The translations under genes and the position numbers were made by a program. Shown here in pieces: positions 17,959-26,801 of a stretch of 26,801 nucleotides of DNA. How positions within the stretch are numbered: position 1 is the first letter of the stretch; the number at the start of each line of letters is the position of its first letter. The DNA is taken from contig CAVVUS010000003.1 of the NCBI GenBank assembly GCA_963751345.1, forward strand, positions 1 to 26,801. Direction: 5' to 3'. The stretch comes from an uncultured Chloroflexia bacterium. GTDB taxonomy: Bacteria > Chloroflexota > Anaerolineae > B4-G1 > SLSP01. The notes beneath the pieces were generated by a model. That model ran no database searches. It saw only the letters and a list, made by a program, of their open reading frames with translations, and was not told where the DNA came from.

Positions 17959-18597
17959 TTACAGCGCGTCATCCAGCCAGACGACCTTGGCCTCGGTCAG
18001 GTTCTTCGCGCGCCACGCCGCGCATTGCTCGGCGAGCTTGCTTGCGTGCTCGTAGAAGTAGGGCTCGTGGCGGCGCTCCCGCTCGTAGAGGACGTAGGGT
18101 TCCAGCTTGGCCCAGAGCTTGGTGACCATCGGGTGCATCCACGGCAGGACGACGTCGTAGGGTATCCAGCCCGCCTGCGTCAGGAACGCCACGCGGTCCA
18201 GCGAGTTCAGCGCGGACTTGAGCGACCGTTGGCCCAATGGGGGGATGGTCCGCACGCCCACAGCAGGATCCTCAGGCAGATGCTGGTAGATCCAGCGCCG
18301 CGCCTCGATCGCCTCGGGTGAGTTGAGCTCCTGGAAGAGCCGGTCCGCCACCTCGACGTAGCGGCTGTCGGCGGCCTCGGAGAGCTCCCGATAGGCGATG
18401 AAGCCCGCGCTGAGCACGGCGGCTGCCGCGACGGCCGTGGAAAGGGCCTCCATCATCGCCCACAGATCAGTTGAAACACCCAGTGCCCGCAACAGAAACC
18501 ACAGCCCGATGAGGTCCGCGACCCACAGAGCAGAACCCAGGACCACGATGGCGATGAAGAGCCCAAGTGTCATCCAACCCGACCAGTTGACCCTCAC
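17959..18597 (-). CDS. Membrane-anchored hypothetical protein, DUF4760-like
   Basis: Two N-terminal hydrophobic helices, then LNSLDRVAFL..GWI..VTKLWAKLEPYVLYERERR..YFYEHASKLA, which matches the DUF4760 pattern as I recall it. AGGAGAGG upstream. Confidence 0.6.
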   Translation of the reverse strand: MRVNWSGWMTLGLFIAIVVLGSALWVADLIGLWFLLRALGVSTDLWAMMEALSTAVAAAAVLSAGFIAYRELSEAADSRYVEVADRLFQELNSPEAIEARRWIYQHLPEDPAVGVRTIPPLGQRSLKSALNSLDRVAFLTQAGWIPYDVVLPWMHPMVTKLWAKLEPYVLYERERRHEPYFYEHASKLAEQCAAWRAKNLTEAKVVWLDDAL

Positions 18598-18640
18598 GTC
18601 TTGATCCTCTCCTTCTTCCGGTGCGAGCGATGCCGGGTCC

Positions 18641-18681
18641 AGTATAGGTCGGTTTGTGGGTGGTGCCAGCTCTCGTATAAT
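18641..18681. promoter_or_regulatory. Divergent overlapping promoter region
   Basis: TATACT on the minus strand (18641-18646) and TATAAT on the plus strand (18676-18681) lie between divergent genes. The -35 boxes are weak. Confidence 0.45.
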
Positions 18682-18798
18682 CTTAGGTGAACTCGGGCAT
18701 GGTGCAGGTCAATCGAGACTCAAGCTTAGCGCTTCGTCGATCTATGAGGCTACGTCACCTTGGGGACCTGCACTCATTCTGTGATGAGGAGGCGGGAT

Positions 18799-20033
18799 AT
18801 GGTCCGTAGGGCACGTGGAAGATGGATGATAGCAGCTTCGGTGATTCTTGCAGGGCTTCTGTGGCTAACCATGAGCCAGGTGGTCGCTGCAACGGGACCG
18901 TCCCAGACGGACGGCGACGTCGTGCCGCTTGCAGGGAATGATACGTGTGTCAACGGCACGCAGACGAGCGGTGCGGTCTACCGGATTTGTATGCCGACCG
19001 CGGTCCCCTGGAATGGGAAGCTCGTCGTCTACGCCCACGGCTATATGGCGATCTATCGCCCGGTGGAGATCCCGGAGGACCAGATGTCGCTGGCGGGTTC
19101 TCCGTTCACGGTCGATCAGATTGTGACGACGCTCGGCTACGGCTTTGCGACGACGAGCTATTACACCAACGGCCTTGCCGTGGAGGCCGGGATGACGGAC
19201 CTTACCGACCTCGTCTCGGTCTTTAGTCAGCAGGAGACCACGCCCACCCAGGTCATCCTCGCCGGCGTCTCCGAGGGTGGGCTCAACACCGCACTGGCGA
19301 TCGAGCGCTATCCCGACGTCTTCGACGCCGGATTGGCGATGTGCGGGCCCTACGGGAGCTTCCAGCGGCAGATCGACTATATCGGCGACTTCAGGGTGCT
19401 CTTCGACTACTTCTTCCCGGGCTTGATGCCGGGTAGCCCCATCACCATTCCTGACACGCTCTTCAATACCTGGGAGACCAGCTTCTACTCCACCACCATC
19501 CTGCCGGTTATCTCGGACACTGCCAACGCGCTGACGGTGACGCAGTTGCTGACGATCGCCAACGTCTCTCCTTGGGCGTTACGACCCGCCGACGAGCTCG
19601 CGAGGCGATCGAGAAGCTGCTCTGGTACAATGTCTATGGGACCGAGGACGCCAAGCGGAAGCTCGGCGGGCAGCCCTATGACAACATCGGGCGAGTCTAT
19701 CCCGGTTCACAGGACTTGAACGACAACGTCGCGCGGTTCGCCGCCGATCCCGCGGCGACTCAGGAGGTCAGCCAACACTACGAGACGACGGGGGTGTTGA
19801 GCGTCCCTCTCGTCACGCTGCACACGACGGGGGACCCGCTCGTGCCCTATTGGCACGCGCTCCTCTACGGCGACAAGGTCGATGCGCGAGGGCAGCGAGC
19901 CGTATTACCGCCACTTCCCGGTAGACGCTACGGCCATTGTAGCTTCACGGCTGCCGAGGTGTTGAACGCTTTCTACGCGCTCGGAGACCTTCCGAATTTC
20001 CGCGTCTTCGTCCCCCTCGTCTTGCGGCAGTGA
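18799..20033 (+). CDS. Secreted alpha/beta-fold serine hydrolase with C-terminal FVPLVLR motif (frameshifted near 19580)
   Basis: GAGGAGG RBS, then MVRRARGRW plus a hydrophobic signal peptide. WNGKLVVYAHGY, nucleophile GVSEGG, TLHTTGDPLVP, YGHC, C-terminus RVFVPLVLRQ. Confidence 0.82.
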
Positions 20034-20078
20034 TCCTCACGATTCAACGGGAGTACCAACGACTGTGCCTTGCCAAGG

Positions 20079-20115
20079 GCATTCGCCGGGTGATTCCGAG
20101 TCACCCGGCGAATGC
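20079..20115. repeat. Perfect 15-bp inverted repeat (REP-like or RNA stability/terminator hairpin)
   Basis: gcattcgccgggtga-ttccgag-tcacccggcgaatgc between co-oriented genes, with no U-tract. Confidence 0.6.
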
Positions 20116-20134
20116 GACGGGGGCTGAAATCTGA

Positions 20135-20839
20135 ATGTCTTTCTACACGCAGTTTGCGGAGACGTACGAGTCGATCTTTCCGTTCAGCGAAGCGGTCTAT
20201 GGGTTCCTGCGCCGCTATCTGCCCGCGCCGCCCGCAAGCGTGCTGGACGTCGGCTGCGGCACCGGGCACTACACCGGGGCGCTGGCGGCGGACGGCTACG
20301 ACGCCGTGGGGATCGATCTCGATGCGGCGATGATCGCCCACGCGCGGGCACACTACGGTGCGGCCCGGTTCCACGTGATGGACATGCTCGACATCGCCCA
20401 CCTTGACCATCCCTTCGGCGGCCTCGCATGTATCGGCAATACTGCCGCTCATCTGACGCAAGCACAGTTCGCGCGCTTTGTCGACGCCGTGGCGGAGGTC
20501 AGGGCACCCGGCGGCCCATGGATCCTGCAGGTGATGAACTGGGACTACGTCCTGACCCAGGCCAGCGTTACCTTGCCCGTGATTGAGGGGGAGGGGCACG
20601 CCGTCTTTACGCGTGAATACCGCGACATCACCGCGACGCAGGTGACCTTTGCGACACGGCTGACGGTGCAAGGAGAGGTCGTCTTCGAGGATGCTGTGCC
20701 GCTCTACCCCATGGCCTCGGCCGAGATCGTCGACTGCCATCGCGCGCGTGGGTTCGAGTTGGTCGAGCACCTGGGCAGCTACAGTGGCGCGCCCTACGAT
20801 CCGAGCGTCTTCTCGGCGAATCTCTTCGTCTTCAGATAG
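20135..20839 (+). CDS. Class I SAM-dependent methyltransferase
   Basis: VLDVGCGTG, GIDLDAAMI, CIGNTAAHL, PGGPWILQVMNWD. Confidence 0.9.
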   Translation: MSFYTQFAETYESIFPFSEAVYGFLRRYLPAPPASVLDVGCGTGHYTGALAADGYDAVGIDLDAAMIAHARAHYGAARFHVMDMLDIAHLDHPFGGLACIGNTAAHLTQAQFARFVDAVAEVRAPGGPWILQVMNWDYVLTQASVTLPVIEGEGHAVFTREYRDITATQVTFATRLTVQGEVVFEDAVPLYPMASAEIVDCHRARGFELVEHLGSYSGAPYDPSVFSANLFVFR

Positions 20840-20952
20840 CTCAGCTACAGCGGTGGAGCCTGCGCGATGCATCTCCTGGCGACAATCGAGAGGCTGAGCT
20901 TCGTTCCCCCATTGTGATGTGAGATGTGGCCAGGGGTGAGGGCGCGAGCTAT

Positions 20953-22156
20953 TCAATGCCGTCTGGACCTCGACTCTGCACCACCGGCCCGGGCCTTGGT
21001 CCGAATCGCCAGCGCGAAGGGCACCGAGAGCATAATCACGGTGGCGGCGCCGTAGCAGAGCGCCTCGTACCCCACCAAGCTCAGCAGCGTCCCCGCCACC
21101 AGCGACATCGACACCGAGGTAATGTGGTTGACGCTCACGCCGGCGGAGAGTGTGGGTGCCAACTCCTCCTCCGGCGCGATCCGGTGAACGTAGGTCGACA
21201 GCCCGATGCTCAGCGTCACCAGTAGGTTGATGCAGATCAGCGTCCCGGCCAGGAAGTAGACATTATGCACGATGGCATAGCCGATGAAGCAGAGCGCGAG
21301 GCTGATGTAGCTGCCGGTGAGGGTCACGCCGTTCGCCGACCTTGTCGATCAGGTGTCCGAGCCTCGGCGCCAGCACGAAGTTGACGATTCCGCTCAGCAC
21401 CAGGATCAGGCTGATGCTGCGTGCGCTGAGCCCATAGTTCTGCACCAGGACGAGCGTGCCGAAGGTGCCAAAGACCTGCATCCTCGATCCCTCGAAGAAG
21501 GTGAGCACGTAGTAGAGCCAGTAACGGCCCTTGAGGATCATGCGCGGTTGGGCCGTCTGTGTCACCCCCACATTTGCCGGAATCCGCGAGACGAGCAACC
21601 CGCCGATGGCGATGACGATCCCGCCGCCGATATAGAGGGCGCGCAACGGTACGCTCGTGGCCACCAGGGCCGTGAACGCCATCCCGACGATCGAGGCGAG
21701 CGCGGCCATGGACGAAAGAAACCCGAGGACGCGGCCGGAGTTGGCCTTGTCGGTCAACGTGAGGCCCAGCGTGCTCTGCAGCGGCATCCAGACGTGGAAG
21801 CCGAGACTGGCGACGACTGCCGTTGCGAGCAGTGCCGTGTAAGAGTGGATCAGCGAGTAGAGGACATAGCCCGTCCCCATGAGCAGGAGCGAGACAGCCG
21901 CCCGGCGTGAGAGCGGCCAATGCATGATGAGGGCCGCGATGAACATCAGCGACAGGCCGGGGATCTCGCGGACGCCGGCCAGCCAGAGCACCTGCTTGCC
22001 GCTCAGGCCCAGGACGTCGACGAAGAAGTTCGTGGCGGCGCCGTTGATGACGCCCTGACCGAGACCGACGCAGAAGACGGTCGTGGCAAGCATGAGGACA
22101 TAGCTACTCCATACGGAGGTGACGGCCTTCAGGCGGTCGCGAAGCGTGAGTTGCAT
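20953..22156 (-). CDS. MFS transporter (frameshifted near 21330)
   Basis: About 12 hydrophobic segments, LAGVREIPGL, loop motif LGHLIDKVGER, IAPEEELAPTLSAGVSVNHI. Split over ORFs 21263-22156 and 20953-21327. Confidence 0.88.
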
Positions 22157-22197
22157 AGTCTTTTATCTTACCTCGGGATCGGATAGCGGCTCGGCAG

Positions 22198-22225
22198 AGT
22201 CTAGCACACTTGGCGTGCAGCGCAA
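22198..22225 (-). promoter_or_regulatory. Putative promoter of the MFS gene
   Basis: Minus strand TTGCGC-16 bp-TAGACT with an extended TGn motif. Confidence 0.4.
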
Positions 22226-22255
22226 AAGTTCGGGCGGCTCGAGTCTCACGTCGGG

Positions 22256-22913
22256 TTACCCCGCCGGCCTTGTGAACCGAACCGTGTAGGCCCACAGATT
22301 GCCGAGCACCGCTGCGACCTCGGAAACCGGCATCGATGCCGGCCCGCACGGTCGTGCTGCTCAGCACATAGTCGGGGTCGGTGATCCACTCGGTCACCGC
22401 CAGGATGCCACCGGGTCGCAGGACGCGCCGGATCTCGGCCAGTGCGCGGGCGCGGTCGGGGATCTCCTGGAGCACCGTGATCATGTAGACCAGGTCGAGC
22501 TCTCCGTCCTCAAAGGGCAGGGCATAGGCGCCGGCTTCGTGGAGATGGACGTTCGCGAGATCCTGGTTCTCGGGCCGCTGCAGCTTTCGTTCCAGCTGGG
22601 CCAGCATCGCCGGCTGGATGTCGAGGGCGTGGACCCTGCCGCTCGCGCCGACCGCCCGCGCGACAAAGGTCGTGTAGGCCCCGCTGCCGCAGCCGACCTC
22701 CAGCACCGTCATCCCTGCAGCGATACCGCTGCGCGAGATAATCTGCTCGGGCGGCTGTAGCCATCGGCGGAGGTCGCTGTCGAGAAAGCGCCCGATGAAT
22801 GCCGGAGCGGGCACGTGCCATACCTTGCGCACGACCCGCAGCACGACTTGCCCCGCCAGCGCGATGCCCACGACGGTCAGCATCGTGCGCGCAATCGACT
22901 CAGATTTCTTCAT
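22256..22913 (-). CDS. Class I SAM-dependent methyltransferase with N-terminal hydrophobic helix (frameshift near the 3' end)
   Basis: ATG at 22913 after GGAGG. VLEVGCGSG, ALDIQPAML, LPFEDGELDLVY, RVLRPGG. The tail VLGNLWAYTVRFTRPAG ends at TAA 22256. Confidence 0.88.
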
Positions 22914-22938
22914 ACCTTCACCTCCGGATACCCGCGAC

Positions 22939-22967
22939 ATTATGCGCCTTGAGGCCTCGCGCGGCAA
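22939..22967 (-). promoter_or_regulatory. Putative sigma70-type promoter of the methyltransferase
   Basis: Minus strand TTGCCG-17 bp-CATAAT. Confidence 0.5.
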
Positions 22968-23085
22968 GGGGAATTCGGTCAGCGCCGTGGACGTCCCCGG
23001 TGCCGCGGCCGGGTCATGCGCTTGCGGCACAGTCACATTCGGTGTAGAAATGGCGAAGCGGCTCGACCTTTCACGGAGGTGTTCC

Positions 23086-24543
23086 CTGTCCCAACCAGTC
23101 CTGCGACGCAAACCCCTGACGGCGCACGTCGGCATCCTCGGCGTTGGTCTCGACGTCTATTGGAGGCAGTTTCCCGGGCCTCCTGAAATGCGCTGCTCGG
23201 GTACCTCCGCACCTTCGAGCGGCAGGTGCAGGCGCGGGGTGTCGCGACGACCAATTTCGGCATGATCGACAACGCGCAGGCCGCCTACGCCGTGCTTCCC
23301 CAACTCAAGGCTGCCGCGCTGGACCTCCTCTTCGTCGACATGCTGACCTACGCCACGTCGTCTACCTTCGGGATCCTGATCCGCGAGCTGGACATCCCCG
23401 TGGTGCTGGTGGCGCTGCAGCCCCTGGCCCGCCTGGACTATGCCCACGCTACCATCGAGATGCAGCTCAAGAACGACAACATCTGCTCGCTGCCCGAGTT
23501 CGCGGGCGTGGCCGTCCGGATGGGCAAGCCGGTGCCGCCGATGATCATCGGCACGCTGGAGGACGACCCGCGGCGCAGGCCGAGGTCGACCGATGGTGCG
23601 CCATCGCCCGGGTGCTCCACGACCTCAAGGGCGCGCGGATCGGCCACTTCGGCCATGCCATCGAGGCGATGCTCGACATGCACACCGACCCGACGGCGAT
23701 GACCGCGGCGTTCGGGCTGCACGTCGTCCAGACCGAGGCCGACGACCTCGTGCGGCTCGCGCGCACCGTGACCGAGGCCGAGGTCGCGGCAAAGAAGGCC
23801 GAGATCCTGGCGATGTTCGACACGCCCGACCCCGGCTCCGACCCGATCACGCGCAAGCTCACCGACGAGGACCTGGCGAACGCCGCGCGAATGGCGGTGG
23901 CGCTGGACGCTTCGTGACGGCGTACGAGCTCGACGGGCTGGCCTACTACTACGAGGGCGAGCCGGGGAGCGAGCGCGAGCGGGTCGCTGCCAACCTGATC
24001 GTGGGCAACTCGCTGCTCTGCGCCGCCGGCTTCCCGATGTGCGGCGAGTCGGACCTGAAGACGTGCGTGGCGATGCTGATCATGGACCGGCTGGACATCG
24101 GCGGCAGCTTCGCCGAGTTCCATCCCGTCGATTTCGCGGAGGGCTTCGTCCTGGTCGGCCACGACGGCCCGCACCACCTCAACATCGCCGAGGGCAGGCC
24201 GGTGCTGCGCAGCCTGACGAACTACCACGGCAAGCCGGGCTCCGGCGCGAGCGTCGAGTTCAAGATCAAGGAGGGGCCGATCACGATGCTGGGCATCACG
24301 TCGACGGCGCGCGGGGCGTTCAAGTTCGTGATCGCCGAGGGGCAGTCGGTCGCCGGCCCGATCCCCGCGACGGGCAACACCAACACCCGCGGCTTCTTTA
24401 AGCCCGATGTCGTCACGTTCCTCAAGCGGTGGGTCGCCGAGGGACCGACGCACCACTTCGCCCTGGGCGTCGGCCATCACGCGGAGACGCTCAAGCTGAT
24501 CGGTGAGGCGCTGGGCATCGAGAGCGTGGTGGTGACGGGGTGA
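23086..24543 (+). CDS. L-fucose/L-arabinose isomerase family protein (frameshifted)
   Basis: GVGLDVYWRQFPG, DMLTYATSS, ICSLPEF, GHAIEAMLDMHTD, DGLAYYY, CGESDLKT, GSFAEFHPVDF, GHDGPHH, YHGKPG, TGNTN, GPTHHFALG. GGAGG at 23075; start approximate; frameshifts near 23180-23225, 23570 and 23910. Confidence 0.9.
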
Positions 24544-24555
24544 GCGAGGAGGCGA

Positions 24556-25587
24556 ATGAACGATAGGACCAGCAAAGCTTTGGGAGTGTGGGGCGGCGCG
24601 CCGAAGGTCGAGCTGCACCTGCACCTGGAGGGCGCGATCCCGCTGCCGGCGCTGTGGACGCTGATGGAGAAGTATGGGGGCGATCCCGAGGTGCCCGATG
24701 AGGCCGCGCTTGCCCGGCGGTTCGCTTACCGGGATTTTCCCCATTTCCTCGAGATCTGGAACTGGAAGAACACCTATCTCCGCGAGGCGGAGGATTTCGC
24801 TTTCATCGCCGAGGCCGTGGCACGCGACCTGGCGGCGCAGAACGTGCGCTACGTCGAGGCCTTCTACTCGCCCTCCGACTTCGCCATCCACGGGTTGACC
24901 ACGCAGGAGATCACCGTCGCGATCCGCCGGGGGCTGGACCGTGTGCCCGAGGTGGAGGTGGCGTTGATCGCCGATCTCGTGCGCAACCGTGGCCCTGAGC
25001 ACGGCCTCCGGAATCTCCTGGAGGTCGACGAGGTCAAAGGGTACGGCGTGATCGGCATCGGCATCGGGGGGGCGGAACACGACTATCCGCCCGAGCCCTT
25101 TGCGCCGGTCTATGAGCGTGCCCGCGTCCTGGGTTTCCACACGACGGCTCACGCGGGTGAGGCGGCAGGCGCGGAGAGCATCTGGGGCGCGATCCGCGCA
25201 CTGCACGTCGAGCGGATCGGCCACGGCACGCGAGCGTACGAGGACCCGGCGCTGCTGGACTATCTGCGGAGACGCAGATGCCGCTGGAGATGTGCCCGCT
25301 CTCCAACGTGCGCACCGGCGTGGTGCCCTCGATCGAGGCGCATCCCATCCGCCGCTACTTCGACCTCGGCCTGATGGTCACGGTCAACACCGACGACCCC
25401 AAGATGTTCGGCAACAGCCTCGCCGAGGAGTACGCTGTGTTGGAGCGCGTGCTCGGCTTTCACGCCCGACGAGGTGCGGACGCTGATCCTGAACGGTGTC
25501 CGGGCTTCCTGGTTGCCCGAGGCGCGCAAGGCGGAAATGGTCGGGGAGCTCGAGCGGGACATCGCCGCGGTGCTCGAGGCGTCGTAG
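24556..25587 (+). CDS. add: Adenosine deaminase family protein (frameshifted)
   Basis: PKVELHLHLEG, YVEAF, TAHAGEAAG, ERIGHG, LEMCPLSN, TVNTDDPKMF. Frameshifts near 25270 and 25460; stop TAG at 25585-25587. Confidence 0.88.
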
Positions 25588-25637
25588 GTGATCTTCTCGC
25601 ATCCGCTTGCCACTTCACAAAGGAGAACCACGTCTAT

Positions 25638-26483
25638 ATGAAACTGATCGATATCGTCAACCGCACAGCCGCCCCCGAGCCCTGGGCCGAGGGCGAGAAG
25701 ATCCCCTGGAACGAGCCGGGTTTCAGCGCCCGGATGCTCAGGGAGCACCTCTCGCAGGCGCACGACGCCGCGAGCCGGCGCTTTGCCATCATCGACCGCC
25801 ACGTCGCCTGGATCCACGAGCACGTGCTGGGCGGTCAGCCCACCCGTGTGCTGGATCTGGGATGCGGGCCGGGACTCTACGCCAGCCGGCTGGCGCGCTT
25901 GGGCCACACCTGCACCGGCATCGACTTCGGCCCGGCCTCCATCGCCTATGCCCGCGAGGAGGCCGAACGGGAAGGCCTGGACTGCACCTACCAGCTCGCC
26001 GATCTTCGTGAGGCCGACTTCGGGGAGGGCTACGGCCTGGCGATGCTCATCTTTGGGGAGATGAACGTCTTCCGGCCGGGAGACATCCGCAAGATCCTGC
26101 GCAAGGCGCACGCCGCGCTGGCGCCGGATGGCGTGCTGCTACTGGAGCCGCATACGTTCGCCGAGGTCGAGCGAGAGGGCAAGCGGGCGCCCTCGTGGTA
26201 TTCGTCGGCCTCGGGCCTATTCTCCGACGACCCGCACGTCGTCCTCACCGAGAGTATCTGGGATGCCGATCGCGCTGTTGCTACGAATCGGAACATCGTC
26301 ATCGATGCGGCCTCGGGCGAGGTGTCGTGGTATCCGGAGAGTATGCAGGCCTACACCGACGACGGCTACCGAGGGCTGCTCAGTGAGTGCGGTTTTGGAG
26401 ACGTTACCTTCTACCCGTCATTGACCGGCGAGCCGAACGAGGGGGATTACGGGCTTTTCGCGATCGTCGCGATGCGGGGATGA
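25638..26483 (+). CDS. Class I SAM-dependent methyltransferase
   Basis: AGGAG RBS, MKLIDIVNR..PWAEGEKIPWNEPGFSARMLREHLSQAHDAASRR, VLDLGCGPGLY, GIDFGPASIAYA. Confidence 0.9.
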   Translation: MKLIDIVNRTAAPEPWAEGEKIPWNEPGFSARMLREHLSQAHDAASRRFAIIDRHVAWIHEHVLGGQPTRVLDLGCGPGLYASRLARLGHTCTGIDFGPASIAYAREEAEREGLDCTYQLADLREADFGEGYGLAMLIFGEMNVFRPGDIRKILRKAHAALAPDGVLLLEPHTFAEVEREGKRAPSWYSSASGLFSDDPHVVLTESIWDADRAVATNRNIVIDAASGEVSWYPESMQAYTDDGYRGLLSECGFGDVTFYPSLTGEPNEGDYGLFAIVAMRG

Positions 26484-26801
26484 AGTGAGTCGTTCGAGCG
26501 TGCGTATACAGGTCGTGACCTTCTTGCCGAACAGCACCAATGAATGAACGAGCCGAGCGTTGCGGCCGCTTTGGGCGATCGCGTTCGCATACAAGCAGCT
26601 CGCGTATCCGCCGCACGTCGCCTATTGCACAAGTCGCCACGTGGTAGTGAAAGAAGGTCATGGTTCCAAAGGTCTAGCTTACCCATCGTACCCTGCTGTG
26701 GTGGACGTTGCTCCAGATTTCTGTACACTTTGCCTATGACGGATGCGTACCGTTGTCTCTGTCCGGTAACACGCTTGACTGGCGCTGGGATATAGGGCAA
26801 C

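Noticed and set aside
1-18597. Integron cassette array (co-oriented small genes with palindromes ending AAC...GTT)
   Set aside because: The palindromes do not fit RYYYAAC/GTTRRRY attC ends, are not present between most genes, and no integrase is seen.
22104-23135. 343-aa version of the methyltransferase
   Set aside because: The N-terminal extension overlaps promoter-like sequence and the RBS supports ATG 22913; the C-terminal extension comes from a frameshift.
23545-25224. 559-aa minus-strand ORF
   Set aside because: Antisense shadow of the isomerase and deaminase genes.
25278-26483. 401-aa deaminase-methyltransferase fusion ORF
   Set aside because: Produced by frameshifts in the deaminase 3' end; the methyltransferase has its own RBS and ATG at 25638.
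26404-26800. Minus-strand ORFs 26447-26800 and 26404-26661
   Set aside because: No recognisable motifs, poor GC3 bias, and convergent overlap with the methyltransferase.

Overview
High-GC bacterial chromosomal window with about 27 CDS and no rRNA, tRNA, CRISPR array or transposase that I can recognise. The source is most likely Chloroflexota (Anaerolineae/Caldilineae-like), inferred from the DUF2079 C-terminal domains, an LPLV-type C-terminal motif and the REP families. About 16 genes are broken by 1-nt indels, which looks like unpolished long-read consensus error, so many gene limits are reconstructed across frames and are approximate. Bases 1-18.6 kb form one co-oriented minus-strand run. 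In coordinate order it holds a hypothetical protein, a YgiD-type extradiol dioxygenase, a QueG-like 4Fe-4S protein, a nucleotidyltransferase, a GH78 alpha-L-rhamnosidase, a truncated GT2, a xylose-isomerase-like TIM barrel and two tandem DUF2079 membrane proteins. It continues with a GNAT, a DUF4037 nucleotidyltransferase, an FGE-fold protein, an amidohydrolase, a VOC protein, two membrane hypotheticals, DUF169, a CGGC protein, a cupin and a DUF4760-like protein. The rest holds a secreted alpha/beta hydrolase, three SAM methyltransferases, an MFS transporter, an L-fucose/L-arabinose isomerase family gene and an adenosine deaminase. The most notable unexplained structure is (i) several distinct REP-like palindrome families, some lying in the 3' coding ends of genes, (ii) a candidate DUF2079/GT2 surface-glycosylation module whose GT2 is cut in half at the rhamnosidase junction, and (iii) a possibly structured leader ahead of a Cys-rich CGGC-DUF169 module.
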